Origin: Oikopleura dioica
Taxonomy: Eukaryota; Animalia; Chordata
DNA length: 64,000 nucleotides
Reading direction: 5' to 3'
Assembly (NCBI GenBank): GCA_907165135.1
Contig: OU015568.1
Coordinates: forward strand, 3,782,001 to 3,846,000
Both the position numbers and the translations under genes were made by a program. The notes beneath the pieces are model-generated. The model was not told the origin of the DNA. It searched no databases and saw only the letters and a program-made list of their open reading frames with translations. Numbering within the stretch: position 1 is the first letter of the stretch; every line of letters starts with the position of its first letter. Shown one piece after another: positions 61,952-64,000 of this stretch.

Positions 61952-62709
61952 ATGTTCCACACTCGGAACGAAACTGGCAGAGTAAGAGCTTCATCAATCG
62001 ACAGTGAAGGGTAAGAAAAATATTTTTTATTCTCGATTATAATTTTCATTAATTTAAGACGTTCTCGTCCATCAACACCAGAAGGATCGATTCTATACGA
62101 TCTTCTGACAACCGGGAGATCAAAAGCTTCCGGAAATAGCTCTGCTAGTCAAGCTGCCTTCAAAAATACCCTCGGTAGTGATTTTCTTAAATTCCTTTTT
62201 CAACCCTTTTTTAGACGAGTCGATCAACTATCTGATCCGAAAATGCACCTTCCTGAAAATCCCCTCCCCGAACAACTTCAACTCATCCGCCGTGACTGGC
62301 TCTGCGTCTTTCTTATCAAATGCGCTCTCTCTGGTCTGACCCCAAATCTTGGACTCAACGACCCGAAAGAGCGGGAGATCTACGCTGAGTTCAAAAACAT
62401 GACAGAATTGTAAGTCCTATCAACCAAAGCTCCTCATCATCAAAATCTTCTAGCGTTCAAAACAGCGAAGCGACAGAAAACGAGTTGACAGACATCATAT
62501 CCGCAGTTGTCTTCAACGAACGCTCTCTCCAACTCTCCCGCCTGTCGCAGCAGCACCAGCTCCAACTTGGTAATATCCTTCTTTGCGTTTCTGAGGCGAG
62601 AAGAATGGACTCCCAGCTTCTTTCCTCAGCTCTTTTCAAAGATGTTGAGCTCCCGACTCGACGAACAATCACCTTTCTCCAACAACTTGCTTCGGCAAAA
62701 CATATGTAA
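61952..62709 (+). CDS. Nuclear receptor LBD without DNA-binding domain, NR0B (SHP/DAX1)-like; 1-nt frameshift in a C run at 62261-62264
   Basis: N-terminal PEGSILYDLLTT (cf. DAX1 QGSILYSLLTS); LDESINYLIRKCTFLKIP[L]PEQLQLIRRDWLCVFLI (H3-H5 signature); ELTDIISAVVFN (H8); QLGNILLCVSEARRMDSQLLSSALF (H10-11); no zinc fingers seen nearby upstream. Confidence 0.7.
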
Positions 62710-63343
62710 AATGCCCTTCAAAAGGCTCTTTTACTACATTCACTGACGATTCAGATCTTTATATCTGATGATTATGCTTTCTTTTTCCTCCCCAAAAAGG
62801 GGTCATTCTAGAGCGATAAAATGTCGAATGACTGATTTTTTCCTTATTCTTGCTAGCAAACAATTTTTTCAAACTCTACCGACCCCAGGAATTTTCGAAA
62901 ACAACGCTCTTTCAACAATTTATATCGCTCTGAATGACTCCGGAAATGCTCCCCTCTTTAAATTTTATCTGTCCATCTGTACACACTGGTGAGCGGTTGA
63001 ATGTCAGTTGGGCTATGCCTTCTTATGCAAACTCTGAGCAATGCTTACTTTAATCACATGTTTACCAGACTTTCCGTGGAATTTCTTTCCGCGGGATTTT
63101 GTTTTTATCTTTTTCCGACAAATTGAGAAGGGTCCAAGGTCATTCAAGTGCGAGCCAAAATAAATAAATGTCTCTCATTAGATTGTTACGCATTACTATT
63201 TATTTTCAAGAACGGAAAGAATTTGAAAGTGATCTAGCAAACTACATTAATTCATTGATGTCAGGAAAATAATTGGTTCAAAGAAAAAGGAATCATGCTT
63301 TCCAATTCTTTCAATATTAATTAAGTCGTCCCCGTCTTTTAAC

Positions 63344-63718
63344 TCAGTTGATCACTAAAGTTGCCACTGCAGATTTAAAAATTTTGAAAAATAAAATTCG
63401 CAATGAATCAACATTTCCTAAAATGAGTCGAAATATTATTTTATCACTGTTTGTTTCTCCGGGGAAAACATAAATACAGTTTTCCACAAGAATGACAGAT
63501 CCGGCGAAAAAACTCTTAAAATTCAAATTATTCGTGAAAGAACTATTTATATTAACCTGTTTTAAATATCCTATTAATTTCCAAAATTTGTCGCCAAGCA
63601 CCCAAATTTCTTTCGAAGGATAATTATCCCAGCCACTTTTGCCTCCTATCGTTGCGATTGATCCCGATGGAAGTCCAACAACACAATGCGCATAGACAGT
63701 ACTGAATTTGTACTCCAC
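63344..63718 (-). CDS. Kelch-like beta-propeller fragment
   Basis: YAHCVVGLPSGSIATIGGKSG..EIWVL..WKLIG shows the hydrophobic-GG..W blade pattern; the gene is probably incomplete. Confidence 0.45.
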   Translation of the reverse strand: MEYKFSTVYAHCVVGLPSGSIATIGGKSGWDNYPSKEIWVLGDKFWKLIGYLKQVNINSSFTNNLNFKSFFAGSVILVENCIYVFPGETNSDKIIFRLILGNVDSLRILFFKIFKSAVATLVIN

Positions 63719-63808
63719 AATAAAATAAAATAAAATAAAAAATAATCTTTATTTTCTAGATAAAATTCGACGTTGTCGATTTAATCAACTTGATTAGGCA
63801 GTATTTCT

Positions 63809-63980
63809 CGGTTAGCGGACATCATAAACAAACAGACATTATAAACAAACGGACATTATAAACAACGGACATTAAAAACGTTTTAAATTTTGTTTTTAAT
63901 GTCCGTCCGTTTATAATGTCCGTTTGTTTATAATGTCCGTTTGTTTATAATGTCCGTTTGTTTATAATGTCCGTTAACCG
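63809..63980. mobile_element. MITE with ~20-bp tandem subterminal repeats
   Basis: Termini CGGTTAGCGGAC / GTCCGTTAACCG; arrays (ATTATAAACAAACGGAC)n and their reverse complement; direct repeat TATTTCT at 63802-63808 and 63981-63987. Confidence 0.8.
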
Positions 63981-64000
63981 TATTTCTTATAAGTTACCCT

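Overview
Eukaryotic, AT-rich, very gene-dense genomic window with many ~30-60 nt introns. The organism is most likely the larvacean tunicate Oikopleura (inferred from intron size, gene density and gene content; not proven). Recognisable genes: GCNF/NR6A1 nuclear receptor (minus, ~19.2-21.5 kb), a DCST1/2-like DC-STAMP protein with C-terminal RING, troponin T, a LARP6-type RRM protein, and a DBD-less NR0B (SHP/DAX1)-like receptor. There are also many secreted or extracellular proteins: a Thr/GN-repeat mucin, a CUB protein, a CBM14-mucin-EGF-ZP protein, an LDLa GPI-type protein, a YHYH-domain protein, three Ly6/three-finger proteins, a Reeler-like membrane protein, and two tandem gene pairs. One pair encodes furin-processed, cystine-knot-like candidate ligands. 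Mobile DNA is abundant: a 4.7 kb Kolobok-type DNA transposon (TTAA TSD, ~354 bp TIRs) with a nested foldback element, and at least 9 MITEs. The most striking pattern is that four non-autonomous elements sit in coding exons or on splice sites and, on paper, can be spliced out while keeping the reading frame. The best case is a 644 bp foldback whose TIR carries a CTGTAAG/CTTACAG motif supplying both donor and acceptor in either orientation. All gene models were built by eye, and no splicing is demonstrated. Three 1-nt frameshifts can each be repaired within a 4-nt homopolymer and may be assembly errors. No rRNA, tRNA or CRISPR array was seen.
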